DNA from: Malacoraja senta
Taxonomy: Eukaryota
DNA length: 64,000 nucleotides
Direction: 5' to 3'
Assembly: GCA_038087875.1 (NCBI GenBank)
Contig: CM075977.1
Location: forward strand, 236,282,001 to 236,346,000
The notes below the pieces were generated by a model. It was given only the letters and a program-made list of their open reading frames with translations. It did no database searches and had not been told where the DNA came from. The translations under genes and the position numbers were made by a program. Of the stretch, positions 35,765 through 49,318 are shown in pieces. Each line of letters opens with the position of its first letter. Within the stretch, counting starts at the first letter, position 1.

Positions 35765-36020
35765 TCCTTTCTCCTTGGCAATCATTGGGGCTAAGAATAT
35801 CCTGCTTCTCCTCCCGTTTTGTGGATTCTGAAGCAGCTGATGAGGCTAATGTGGGAATAATAGACTTTTCCACAGACTGGTCAAGAGGGACTGAGTAGAT
35901 GGGCAGGAGGTATACACCTTCTGCTGCTCATCCAGGGTTTTTCTCTGATGTTAAATGCTCCTTTTCTACTTTGAGCACTGATGGGTCAGATATTCCCAAG
36001 AATCAGTGGGAATGTTGCAT
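35765..36020 (-). mobile_element. RTE LINE 3' remnant
   Basis: PVCGKVYYSHISLISCFRIH, a decayed RTE C-terminal C2H2 finger. Confidence 0.55.
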
Positions 36021-36024
36021 TCCT

Positions 36025-36481
36025 TAGAGTCATGGAGTACATGTTACAACATGATACAACTGGAAACAGATCTGTCAGCCTATCAAGTTTGCAATATCAA
36101 CTGGCCACTTTAATCTAATTCTACATTAATCCCATTTTTAATTGTCTCCACATTCTCAACAACTAACCCCAGATTCAATCACTCTACTACACACTGGGGA
36201 CAATTTAGAAAGGCCATTTAAGTGACTGACCATCGATCACCCAATCACACTAGTTCTATGTTATCCCGCTTTTGCCTCCCATCCTTACACACTAGGAGCA
36301 ATTTATAGAGGCCAATTAACCGACAAACCCGCAAGTCCTTGGGTTGTGGGAGCAAACTGGAGCACCAATTGGAAACCCACGTGGTCACAAGAAGAAAGTG
36401 CAAACTCCGCACATCACCTGAGGTCAAGTTTGAACCTGGGGTCAGGCACTGTGAGATAGCAACTGCGCCACTGTGCCACCC
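36025..36481 (-). mobile_element. HE1-type V-SINE with duplicated tail
   Basis: Reverse of head (GCCACTGTGCCACCC), B-box and V-domain. Confidence 0.8.
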
Positions 36482-36559
36482 TCATTGAAGAGCTGATATT
36501 GAAACTGCATTCTCACTCTCTGAGATCTGTCACTTCCTTCAAATACAAATATAGCATTG

Positions 36560-36920
36560 CATCTAGTCTTGCAGTGTGGAAGCAGGCCCTTTGGCCCAAA
36601 GTGTCCACACTGGCCAACATGTCCCATCTACACTTGTCCCCCCGGTCTGTATTTAACTCTAAACCAGTCCTAGCTATGTACCTGTCTAAACTTTCTTAAA
36701 CATTGCAAAAGTACCTGCTTCAACTACCTCCTATTGCAGCTCGTTGCATACACCTGCTACCCTTTGCTGGAAAAAGTTACCCCTTGGGTTCCTTTTGAAT
36801 CTTCCCCCCCTCACCTTAAACCTATGTCCTCTAATTCTTGATTTCCCTGCTCTGGACAAGAGACTCTGTACATCTACCTGATCTATTCTGCATATGTTGT
36901 ACCTGGCCTGCTGTGCCCAA
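36560..36920 (-). mobile_element. CR1 3' fragment
   Basis: CAGGCCCTTTGGCCC...TCACCTTAAACCTATGTCCTCT. Confidence 0.7.
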
Positions 36921-37042
36921 GCAAATCAAGAAAATGGTTATTCTCAGAGTTATTAACAAGAAGACCTGACGCAAAGCACCCCCTTTCTTATATTGTTTGC
37001 CAATATGTGTCTTGTCATCAATCTAATGACAGCTGAAGCTCA

Positions 37043-38760
37043 AATCAAGTCGAATTTATTATCGTGTGCTTAAGTCCGGTAAGGTACAGGTACATTGAAA
37101 TATCTTGCAGCAGTATTTCTGGCACATTGACTTGGACAAACGTGCAACATATTAAACATAAATAATTCATACATTACACAGAACATTTCTAAAAGAAAGA
37201 AGGCTGAGGAAGAAACAAGGTATTAGTGCAAAAAACATAATTGGAATAAAAACTCCATGGTATTGCACGAGGTGGACTGTAGTGTTTTGTTGTTGAGGTG
37301 GACTGTAGTGTTTTGTTGTTGAAGTTGGATTCTAGTTGTGCAGGTTGGTTCAAGAACCTGATAGCTTCAGGATGTGGGACTTCAGTCATCTGGACCTCCT
37401 GCTTCACGGTAGCACTGAGAAGAGCACATGACCTGGATTGTGGGGATCTTTGATGATGGCTTTCTTGAGGCAGCATCTCATGAGGATGCTTTAGATGGAG
37501 AGGAGGGCTGCGCCTGTGATGGACTGGCCTGATTCTATCACACTCTGCAGCCTCATACATTCCTGTGTGTTGAAGTTGCCATACTAGGCCATGAGGCAAA
37601 TAAGGAGGATACTTTCTACAGTGCATCTGTAGAAGTTTGTTAGAGTATTTGGAGACATACTGAATGTCTTCAAACTTCTAAGAAAGTAGAATCACTGGTT
37701 TGCCTTCTTCCTGATTACATCTATGTGCTGGATCCAGCGTAGGCCATTCAAACTGTTAACATCCATGACTTTGAAGCTGCTAACTCTCTCCACCATTGAT
37801 CCACCAATGCAAACTAGTGCGTGGTCTCTCGACTTCCCCTTTCTGAAGTCAACAATAGTTCCTTGGTCTTGTTGACATTGAGTGAGAGGTTTCTGTTACA
37901 GCACCGCTCAACCAGGTGTTCTCCCTCCAGTGTGCTGACTCATCATCACTGGTCATTCGGCTTATCAGTGAATTTATTGATGGCATTAGAGCAGTGCTTA
38001 GTCACAGTCATGGATGTAAGAAGAGTGGAACAGGTGAAAAGGTTAAATGCTTTTAAATATATAAAAGATATATAATGGAATCCTGGACTAGGTTACAGCT
38101 TATATTTCATCTCGAGCAGGCCTTTTATCAGTAGATTGATAAGAGAGAGAGAGAGAGAGAGACAAGTCCGGGCTTGCCTCAGGTTGCTGTGTAATGAGAT
38201 AATGCCTTTGAAATGGGTGTACAAATTGATGAGAGAAAGAAGCTCAGACTTGTCTCAGTGATGTATATTGAGACAATGACTGATGCCTTTGAGATGTCTT
38301 GTCTTGAAAGTACCAACTGATAAGATGCCTTTGAAATGTGTCTACTAATTGACAAGAGACAAGCTCAGACGCATCCTGTGGTAATGTGTATTGACTGTAT
38401 CTCTGACCATGACTGACATCTTTGGAATGTGACTGTGACAACCACACAGTATAAAATATCATGCAATTCTTTCGTCATTGAAGTGGTGATACATGTGAGG
38501 AAAGTCAAGTGTCTGTGTTGCTTACTTGACTGGAGTATCCTCGTCACTTCCTGGCCGATGATCAGTAAAGCTTGAGTTAGTCTAACTAACCTTTTTGTGA
38601 GTTGTCTGTTTATTAAGAAGTGAACCGTAACACAGGGGGCTTAGTGCACTGCCTTGAGGTACAACTGCGTTGATGGTCATTGAGGAAGAGATGTTACTGA
38701 TCTACACTGTTTGCCAATGAAGAACTCAAGGATTCAGTTGAAAAGGAAGGTGCAGGAACT
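37043..38760 (-). mobile_element. Older Rex1/Babar 3' part, interrupted by a solo LTR
   Basis: Reverse-strand similarity to the Rex1 RT/C-terminus (KTKELLLT, SFKVMDV, PQGSALSP) on both sides of the LTR. Confidence 0.75.
38035..38632 (+). mobile_element. Solo LTR (ERV1- or Gypsy-type)
   Basis: TG...CA ends (TGAAAAGGTT / AACCGTAACA), 4-bp TSD CAGG, TATAAAA near 38450, AGTAAA near 38565, internal ~125-bp direct repeats. Confidence 0.8.
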
Positions 38761-38894
38761 ACTATAAAATACTATGTACTTTAGATTTTGCACTATCACA
38801 AAAAATACTTGATAATTTTGTTTGCATATTTATTGTTGTAATTGCATCTAATGTGCCTGAAAAGCTGCACAGAGTACGAATTTTCATTGTTTTA

Positions 38895-39510
38895 AGCTGA
38901 TAGAAGTATATAATATTATTAGAGGAATTATAGGGTAGATAGTCAATCTCTTTCTCGGGGTAGAAATATAGAATATCAGAAGGCATAGCTTTAAGGTGAA
39001 AGGTGATAAGTTCAAAAGGTGATTTACAAGACATGTTTTTTACAGAGAGTGGTCTGTGCCTACAATGTGCTGCTGGGGAAAGTGGTGGAAACATATAATC
39101 AGTAATAGCAAGGTTTAAGAGGTATTTGGACAGATACATGAACACATGGGGAATGGGGGGGACATAAACCATGTGCAGGTAGATGTGCAATTTAAATTGG
39201 CATCATAGTTGGGACCAATATCATGGACAGAAGGGCCTGTGCTGTACTGTTTTCTGTTATATGAATCTGAAATTGATTGACAGTTTAGATGCCTAAAAAC
39301 TGTTCCTTCTGGCTGGAGAGTTTAGAGGCTTGTGCAAATTTGATCTTTGCTCACATTCAAGAGTGAGATTAATATAATTTAAACTCCTAGAGAATCAAAA
39401 ACATAGGGTTCAGTAGGAATGTGAAAATAATGTCAACTGTGATTTTATTGAATTATGGAGTTTGCTTTAGGGGCATTGTGGCCTATTCCTGTCCCTATAA
39501 CTTATTATGA
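38895..39510 (+). mobile_element. Two decayed CR1 3' ends
   Basis: GGCATAGCTTTAAGGTGA...GAAGGGCCTGTGCTGTAC; second ends GGCCTATTCCTGTCCCTA. Confidence 0.65.
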
Positions 39511-39769
39511 TGTAACTATGCAGGGAACAACAAAAGAACAGTTTAATCATTAGATCTAACAATGTAGCAATAAATCCTAAAACGGTCAAATAACCATAAA
39601 GATGCAATTAACACAGAGCCTTGGGGCAGTGGATTAAGAAATTATGTGAAACATTTGTACCAAGCTGTTCATGAGCAGACATGCTGAAATTAATGGATTT
39701 CTCATTAGAAATGGATCTCTAGGGGATGAGGATGTTGTGTTGCCAATGACCTTTCATCCATAAGCAAGA

Positions 39770-40580
39770 TGGAAATTTGAAATAAAAAAGGAAAATCCCA
39801 GAGATACTCAGCAGGACAGGCAACATCTGTGGAGAGAGACACGGTTAAAATTTCCTTTAATCAAAACTGAAAATGCGAGAAATGTGTTTTAATTTGCAGG
39901 AAAGGGGAACAGTTGGAGAGATCAAAGAAAAAGTCTGCGATAAACTGGGGACCATCTTGTCCAGGTGATGCATGTGGCTGATGAGGTGGTGAATGTTTGA
40001 TCACAATCATCTTGTCTAGAGGAATGGAAGTGGTACATGATGAAAGTGAGCCCCAGAGTGCAAAATGAAGCAAACCAAAATACCACAACCATGAGATGCA
40101 GAACACTGTAGTTGCTAAAATGTAGAAACAAGGAACTGCAGATGCTGGTTTGCTAAGAACAGAAAAAAATACTGGAGTAACTCAGCGGGTCAGGCAGCAT
40201 CTCTGGAGAACATGGATGACTGACATTTTGAGTCAGGACCCTTCTTGTGATTGTTAATGTTACAGCTGGAGTTGGGTGTCAAGGCTGTTCAGCAGAAAGT
40301 ACAACCCGAGCTTCCTATTATTTAAATTAACAGGCTTCTGTCTTTGCCCTCTTGTGCTGTACTAATAAAGCACAAAGTGAGCTTGGGCAACCACGTCTTC
40401 CATCCAGCACATTGCATCCTCAGAGCACAATATTGAATTCAACAAGTTCTGATAACCAGCCTTTCCTGTTTGTGTCAGAACCGGCTGGTTCTGATGTTAG
40501 GTTATCCACCTGTAGCAACAACTCCTTTTTTTCACTCTCCACAGATGCTGCTTGAGTCTGGCTCATTTTATGATTTTGGG
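39770..40580. mobile_element. Cluster of Penelope remnants in opposed orientation
   Basis: 40122-40248 matches the 24903-25038 unit; 40425-40570 resembles the + strand end at 740-1070. Confidence 0.6.
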
Positions 40581-40865
40581 TGGAGGTGAAAGTCAAGTTG
40601 GTGATTGTTCAAAGAAAACCCTAACAGAACGAAACAAAAAGCTGGACAGATGTGCTGATGGCTAGCTGGTGGTTCCGTGTAGAAGTGCCGGCCAGTTGCA
40701 GTGCATGTTTCAATGCTTACGTACTGCTGAGTAGATGGAGGCAAATCTGATCTCTTGCTCTCTTTACTTATCACTGGGTGTAGCAGGAGTTCTATAATGT
40801 AATGAACGAGTGCTGGAAACTCTGGGTCTCACTCTTGGGTTTATGCTAGTTGTAGCTCATCTAGT

Positions 40866-41022
40866 GTTTAGTTTATTGTCATGTGTACCGAGGTACAGAG
40901 AAAAGCTTTTTGTTGTGTGCTAACCAGTCAGCGGAAAGACTATACATGATTACAATCCACAGTGTACAGATACATAAGAAGGGGAATAACGTTTAGCGCA
41001 AGATAAAGTCCAGTAAAGTCTG
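40866..41022 (-). mobile_element. Rex1-type 3' tail
   Basis: TTTATTGTCATGTGTACCGAGGTACAG. Confidence 0.6.
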
Positions 41023-42367
41023 ATGTGCTATCCCATTCAGTTCAATGGCATGTCAACTTGCCTAACAAGGGAAATGGTTTAATTGAAAATGCATTTTTAT
41101 TAAACATGGATTTAAATAATCTCTTCAATTTTAATCTAATAAATGGCCTTAAAATTCACTTGGAATTTACAGGTTGTGTAAATGTACACAAAAATCAGCT
41201 TCATTGTATTGCTGGTTAATAATTCTCCACTACTTTACGATGTACCTCAGCATTTCATTTTGTTCATCCAACGATAGTTGTAAACCCACCATTGTTTGGG
41301 ACTATATTCCAGAGCAGATTAATGCCGGCTAAATACCAGTTACCTGTTTTGCATAACATTCAGTGGGACATCCCTTAAAAATGCTGAGAGTTGAAAGTTC
41401 AATGTAGAAATAAAGGAATATATTTAAATTAAAGGGTACATTTATGTTTCTGGCAGTATACTAGGCAGTGATATGCAATTCAATTTGCAATGGAGCAGCA
41501 TGCCATGAATTAGGACTCATTAATTCAATTTTTTTAAATAAATTTGTGGGCCAAAAGTATTCTTTAGGTGGCATAATAATGCTTCTGTTATAAAATAGCA
41601 TTTTCATCAGACAAACTGCAAATGAGACCATGAAGAAGGGAGTAATACTGTAGACATCTCGTATATTATCTGCAAATTCTGTCTCTGTAATGCACTTCTG
41701 CCACACATGGTTGATAGTACTCTTTCTGCAATTAAACAATGTATCTTTCACAAGTCAAGCCACCGGATTTCAACTTGCATATTTGCAAATGATGAAATAA
41801 TTTCTCTAAAAAGAAAAAGTATTATGGCTGTATAACATCAAAGTATACTGTTATTAATTTTGAGCAAATCTATCAGGAGAAGGTTATAATTCAGGATAGA
41901 AGCAGCCTTAACAAATGAAATGCAGCCTTTTTGCAATCATATTATATTCTTCACTTTATAGGGGTTGATTATGTTAAAGAAATGCACGGTGCAGTCGCAA
42001 ATCAACATGTGTGCTAGATATCTGAATTTAAAGAAAACAGGAAATGTTGGGGTCAGGCCATATCGCTGGACAGTTATTTCAATTTCATTCAGCAAAACAA
42101 AGTATTCACTAATTATCTCTTCACAGACACTGCTTGACCAACTGTATTAAGCAATCCTCTAGTTATTTACCACAATCGATTAGCACTTGAACTTTCTGGC
42201 ACCACGTTTGTGCAAATATTATGGTGAACCAGTGTGTTGCCACATAACTCAGTGGATTTTTAGGAATTCCTTATATGATTCCTTTGCTTAGTGAATAGTA
42301 TTAAAGTCTATCATGAAAATATATATTTATGATTTTGTCTTTAAAATTGTCCCTTTAAAATTGTCCC

Positions 42368-43805
42368 AGCTAATGTAACTCTGCTTTTTAAGAAAGAAGG
42401 GAGAGAGAAAACGGTGAAATATAGACCAGTTAGCCTTACAACGGTAGTGGGGAAGATGTTCGAGTCGATTATTAAAGATGTAATAGCAGCGCATTTGGAA
42501 AGCTGTGGCAGGATTAGTTAAAGTCAGCATTGATTTATGAAGGGGAAATCATGCTTGATTAATCTTCTGGAATTTTTTGAGGATGTAACAAGTAGAATGG
42601 ATAAGGGAGAGCCAGTGGATGTTGTGTATCTGGACTTTCAAAAAGCCTTTGACAAGGACCCACACAAGAGATTAGTGTGCAAAATTAGAGCACATGGTAT
42701 TGGGGGTAGGGTATTGACATGGATAGGGAACTGGTTGGCAGAGAGGAAGCAAAGAGTAGGAATTAACGGGTCCTTTTCAGAATGGCAGGCAGTGACTAGT
42801 GGGGTGTTGAAAGTCTCAGTGCTGAGACCCCAGTTATTTACAATATGTATTAACGATTTAGATGAAGGAATTAAATATGACATCTCCAAGTTTGTGGATG
42901 ACACAAAGCTGGGTGGCAGTATGAGCTGCGATAAGGATGCTATGAGGCTGCAGGGTGACTTGGATAGGTTGGGTGAGTGGGCAGATGCATGGCAGATTCA
43001 GTATAATGTGGATAAATGTGAAGTTATCCACTTTGGTGGCAAGAACTGGAAGGCAGATTATTATCTGAATGGTGTCAGATTAGGAAAAAGGGAGGTGCAA
43101 CGAGACCTGGGTGTGCTTGTACATCAGTCACTGAAAGTAAGCATGCAGGTACAGCAGGCAGTGAAGAAAGCTAATGGCATGTTGGCCTTCATTACGAGAG
43201 GCTTTGAGTTTAGGAACAAGGAGGTCCCACTACAGTTGTACAGGGTCCTGTTGAGACCGGAGTATTGTGTGCAATTTTGGTCTACTAATTTGAGGAAGGA
43301 CATTATTGCTATTGAGGGAGTGCAGCGTAGGTTCACCAGGTTAATTCCCGGGATGTCGGCACTGACATATGATGAAAGATTGGGTCGACTGAGCTTGTAT
43401 TCACTGGAATTTAGAAGGATGAGAGGCAATCTCATAGAAACATATAAAATTATTAAAGCATTGGACAGGCTAGATACAGGAAAAATGTCCCTGATGTTGG
43501 GGGAATCCAGAACCAGGGGTCACAGTTTAAGAATAAGGGGTTGGCCATTTAGGACTGAGATGAGGAAAAACCTTTTCAGCCAGAGAGTTGTGAATCTGTG
43601 GAGGTCTCTGCCACAGAAGACAGTGGAAGCTAATTCACTGGATATTTTCAAGAGAGAGTTAGATTTAGCTCTAAGGGCTAAAGGAATCAAGGGATATGGG
43701 GAAAACGCAGGAACGGGGTACTGATTTTAGATGATCAGCCATGATCATATTGGCTCGAAGGGCCGAATGGCTTACTCCTGGACCTATTTTTCTATGTTTC
43801 TATGA
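42368..43805 (+). mobile_element. CR1 LINE, 5'-truncated; 395-aa open RT ORF (42537-43724)
   Basis: GKSCLINL, YLDFQKAFDK, KFVDD, EYCVQFWS; tail TTCTATGTTTCTATG. Confidence 0.95.
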
Positions 43806-43954
43806 TTGGCTTTTGGAAGTCTCAGCATTGATTTTTAAGGGAATGCCTTATTCTAAATTCTTTGTATTTATGTAAGGTACTCCCTGTCCTATGATCAGAC
43901 ATAAAAATTGCAGGTTAATTTACAATTACAATTATTTTTACAATTGTTACAGTT

Positions 43955-44527
43955 GTTTTTTTAGTTTTCGAGATACAGAGTGGAAACGGGCACTTTGGCC
44001 CACCAAGTGCAAGCTGACCATCTATATACCTGGTGGAAGCAGGCCATTCGACCCACCGAGCCCACGCTAACCACCTGTACACCAGTTCAACGTTATTCCA
44101 CTTTTGCATCCTTCACACTAGGAGCAATTTACAGGAGCCTATTGGAATCTGTGGACTTCTCCGTCACAAAAGGCAGTGGCGGCCAATTCATTGGATGTAT
44201 TCAAGTGAGAGTTAGATTTAGCTCTTAGGGTTAACAGAATCAAGGGATATGGGAGAAAAAGCAGGAACGGGGTACTGATTTTGGATGATCAGCCATGATC
44301 ATATTGAATGGCGGTGCTGGCTCGAAGGGCCAAATGACCTACTCCTGCATCTATTTTCGATGTTTCTATTAACGTACAAATCTGCGGGAGGAAATCAGAG
44401 CACCCCAAAAAAAAAATCCCACGCGGTCACAAGTAGAATGTTCAAACTCTGTACAGACAGCACCCGAGGACAGGATCGAACCCGTACTGCGTGACAGCAG
44501 CTCTACCGTCGCACCACTGTACCATCC
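43955..44527 (-). mobile_element. HE1-type SINE with a nested + strand CR1 3' fragment (44140-44370)
   Basis: Reverse B-box GGATCGAACCC at ~44473; CR1 tail inside. Confidence 0.75.
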
Positions 44528-45384
44528 CATTTTAATGATTATCCTTGTTTAAATCTTTGAGAATTGTAGGCACCTCATGAATTATGTTGTTTCTGTTGAC
44601 TACTGTATGTAATGAAAGAATAGCATTTGATGAGATTTCTTTGTCTTGTCCGAGATGTTACTTTGTGGTATTGCAGAATTTGCTCAGCTGGTGAGTTGGG
44701 GCAATATGTTCAGAGCTGTGGGAGAAATCTCACTGATTTATTCTGTTGCCTAAAATGTTTGCTGAAATCCATCTGGTGCAGTAACTCTGTCCCTATTTTA
44801 AACAATATATTGTATTCTGATAGTCTAGCTTTTAAGATGTTTACTGAGAAACAATTGCCCAATAACATGACAATATCAATGAGATCTGAAACCTCCCCTC
44901 AGTGATAGTGAACTTTTGCATTCTTGAGGAATGAAGCTGAACATCTACATTTATTTGCTTTAAAGAATAATTCCTGTGATGCTGTCTGTTGAGCCGTCCA
45001 TTTTTTATCAAATATACAGTGGACCCATAATTGCTGCAGGGATGATTGTGAATGTTAATTGGACATTTTAAACTTCATTGGAAATAGAAAAAACACAGTT
45101 GCTGGAAATCTGAAATAAAAACTGAAAATATTGGAAATACACATAGGGCGGCAGTACTTGTGGAATGAGAAGCAATTAATGTTTCAAGACTGTTTCTGTC
45201 CATGGAAGCATTTTCCATTTTTATTTTTAAATTTGATTGTTCTAATCACTTAATTTTGTGTTCACCGGAGAAGCAGAACACTCGTGATGTATCATGCTCA
45301 CAAGTATTTTGTTAACTTTTGTGCTGCAGCATGGTATTTAGAGATCTCTTTCAAACAGTGTCTTCTATAGGGACATACAAGAGG

Positions 45385-45500
45385 TTGTGGTTGCTGGAAT
45401 CTTGAGCATAAAATAAAATGCTGGAGGAACAGCAGGTCAGACAACGTCTATGGAAGGAATGGACAGATGACATTTTGGTTCAGGACCCTTCTTCAGAATC
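45385..45500 (-). mobile_element. Penelope pLTR unit (degenerate hammerhead)
   Basis: ...GACATTTTGGTTCAGGACCCTTCTTCAGA. Confidence 0.65.
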
Positions 45501-46203
45501 TACAGGGGAACTGTGCACTACACATTATATGCTAAAGAATAGGGCCAATTAGCGGCAAATATTTGTGGTAGAAATCATATCCGAGTAAAATTGCCCCATG
45601 GGGAAATGGGGCAGGGCACTTCCGTATGCTTTTCCGCTGTCAGGTGCTCACCTAATGATCTCTCGATTTGAACAAAATACCTGTTTCCATATTGGCCATT
45701 ATTAATTAGAATTCGAAGATAGAACCTTGAAGCAGCTTCAGCACAACCGCGAGCAGATTATATTACTTTGCTGCTCACAATTCACCAGATGCTCTCCGGG
45801 TGCCATTCAAAGACTACAAAGTGTGCCAAAGGTTACAGTGAATATTTTCTCCAGCTTTATGCCGTTGACATATTCATTACACAAACAAATCAAACAAAAA
45901 AATCAATACATATGGTTCTTTTAATTTTTAATTTTAATCCGATAGCATCTTTCCTGTAATAAAACTTTATTATGTAGGTTTGGGTCCAGATCTCTATCAC
46001 TGTGAACCTTGTGTGGTTGCAGTCTGTCTGGCTGCTCTCCTTCCATTTGATTCCATGCAGATGTCATTGGTGATGATTGAGAGGCTCCAGAATGCTGTCC
46101 AGGACAAATTAAAGGAGCGGTCATAGATACATAGAAAATAGGTGCAGGAGTAGGCCATTCGGCCCTTCGAGCCATTCAATATGATCATGGCTGATCATCC
46201 AAC

Positions 46204-49166
46204 TCAGTATCCCGTACCTGCCTTCTCTTCATACCCCCTGATCCCTTTAGCCACAAGGGCCACATCTAACTCCCTCTTAAATATAGCCAATGAACTGGCC
46301 TCAACTACCCTCTGTGGCAGAGAGTTCCAGAGATTCACCACTCTCTGTGTGAAAACGTTTTTTCTCATCTCAGTCTTAAAGGATTTCCCCCTTATCCTTA
46401 AGCTGTGACCCCTTGTCCTGAACTTCCCCAACATCGGGAACAATCTTCGTGCATCTAGCCTGTCCAACCCCATAAGAATTTTGTAAGTTTCTATAAGATC
46501 CCCTCTCAATCTCATAAATTCTAGCGAGTATAAGCCGAGTCTATCCAGTCTTTCTTCATAAGACAGTCCTGACATCCCAGGAATCAGTCTGGTGAACCTT
46601 CTCTGCACTCCCTCTATGGCTATAATGTCCTTCCTCAGATTTGGAGACCAAAACTGTACGCAATACTCCAGGTGTGGTCTCACCAAGACCCTGTACAACT
46701 GCAGTAGAACCTCCCTGCTCCTATACTCAAATCCTTTTGCTATGAAAGCTAACATACCATTCGCTTTCTTCACTGCCTGCTGCACCTGCATGCCTACTTT
46801 CAATGACTGGTGTACCATGACACCCAGGTCTCGCTGCATCTCCCCTTTTCCTAATCGGCCACCATTTAGATAATAGTCTGCTTTCCTGTTTTTGCCACCA
46901 AAGTGGATAACCTCACATTTATCCACATTATACTGCATCTGCCAAACATTTGCCCACTCACCCAGCCTATCCAAGTCACCTTGCAGTCTCCTAGCATCCT
47001 CCTCACAGCTAACACTGCCCCCCAGCTTAGTGTCATCCGCAAACTTGGAGATGTTGCCTTCAATTCCCTCATCCAGTTCATTAATATAAATTGTAAATAG
47101 CTGGGGTCCCAGCACTGAGCCTTGCGGTACCCCACTAGTCACTGCCTGCGATTGTGAAAAGGACCCGTTTACTCCTACTCTTTGCTTCCTGTTTGCCAGC
47201 TAGTTCTCTATCCACATCAATACTGAACCCCCAATACCGTGTGCTTTAAGTATGTCTATTAATCTCTTATGTGGGACCTTGTCGAAAGCCTTCTGAAAGT
47301 CCAGATACAACACATCCACTGGTTCTCCCCTATCCACTCTACTAGTTACATCCTCGAAAAATTCTATAAGATTCGTCAGACATGATTTACCTTTCGTAAA
47401 TCCATGCTGACTTTGTCCAATGATTTCACCACTTTCCAAATGTGCTGCTATCCCATCTTTAATAACTGACTCTAGCAGTTTCCCCACTACCGATGTTAGA
47501 CTAACTGGTCTGTAATTCCCCATTTTCTCTCTCACTCCCTTCTTAAAAAGTGGGGTTACGTTTGCTACCCTCCAATCCTCAGGAACTACTCCAGAATCTA
47601 AAGAGCTTTGAAAAATTATCACTAATGCATCCACTATTTCTGGAGATACTTCCTTAAGTACTCTTGGATGCAGCCTATCTGGCCCTGGTGATTTATCGGC
47701 CTTTAATCCATTCAATTTACCCAACACCACTTCCCGACTAACCTGGATTTCACTCAGTTCCTCCATCTCCTTTGACCCGCGGTCCCCTGCTATTTCCGGC
47801 AGATTATTTATGTCTTCCTTAGTGAAGACGGAACCAAAGTAGTTATTCAATTGGTCCGCCATATCCTTGTTCCCCATGATCAATTCACCTGTTTCTGACT
47901 GCAAGGGACCTACATTTGTTTTAACTAATCTCTTTCTCTTCACATATCTATAAAAACGTTTGCAGTCAGTTTTCATGTTCCCTGCCAGTTTTCTTTCATA
48001 TTCTATTTTCCCTTTCCTAATTAAGCCCTTTGTCCTCCTCTGCTGGTCTCTGAATTTCTCCCAGTCCTCTGGTATGCTGCTTTTTCTGGCTAATTTGTAC
48101 GCATCATCTTTTGCTTTGATACTATCCCTGATTTCCCTTGTTATCCACGGATGCACTACCTTCCCTGATTTATTCTTTTGCCAAACTGGGATGAACAATT
48201 TTTGTAGTTCATCCATGCAGTCTTTATATGCCTTCCATTGCATATCCACCGTTAACCCTTTTAGAACTAATTGCCAGTCAATCTTGGCCAATTCACGTCT
48301 CATACCCGCAAAGTTACCTTTCTTTAAGTTCAGAACCATTGTTTCTGAATTAACAATGTCACTCTCCATCCTAATGAAGAACTCAACCATATTATGGTCA
48401 CTCTTGCCCAAGGGGGCACGCACAACAAGACTGCTAACTAACCCTTCCTCATTACTCAATACCCAGTCTAGAATAGCCTGCTCTCTCGTTGGTTCCTCTA
48501 CATGTTGGTTTAGATAACTATCCCGCATACATTCCAAGAAATCCTCTTCCTCAGCACCCCTGCCAATTTGATTCACCCAATCTATATGTAGATTGAAGTC
48601 ACCCATTATAACTGTTTTGCCTTTGTTGCACGCATTTCTAATTTCCTGTTTGATGCTATCCCCAACTTCACTACTACTGTTAGGTGGCCTGTACACAACC
48701 CACCAGCGTTTTCTGCCCCTTTAGTGTTTCGCAGCTCTACCCATACCGATTCTACAACCTCCAAGCTAATGTCCTTCCTTTCCACTGCGTTAATCTCCTC
48801 TCTAACCAGCAACGCTACCCCACCTCCTTTTCCTTTCTCTCTATCCCTCCTGAATATTGAATATCCCTGGATGTTCAGCTCCCAGCCTTGGTCACCCTGG
48901 AGCCATGTCTCCGTGATCCCAACTATATCATAATCATTAATAGCTATCTGCACGTTCAACTCATCCACCTTATTACGAATGCTCCTTGCATTGAGACACA
49001 AAGCCTTCAGGCTTGTTTTTACAACGCTCTTACCCCTTTTACAATTATGTTGAAAAGTGGCCCTTTTTGATTTTTGTCCTGGATTTGTCTGCCTGCCACT
49101 TTTACTTTTCACCTTGCTACCTATTGCTTCCGCCCGCATTTTACACCCCTCTGTTTCTCTGCTCAC
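46204..49166 (-). pseudogene. CR1 ORF2 (APE endonuclease + RT), two lesions
   Basis: NARSIRNK, ITETW, YRPP, GDFN, SDH; GVPQGSVLGP, KFADD. Confidence 0.95.
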
Positions 49167-49318
49167 TCATTTAAGAACCCCACCACCTCTTATTCTCTGT
49201 TTATTATTGTTTTCTTCTTTCCCCCCTACATGTTGGGTCTGAGTGCTTTCCTTCTCTGCCTCCTGCCTCACACACTGTCTAATAGCTTTCTCTATTTGAG
49301 TCCCTCCCCCCAACCGTT

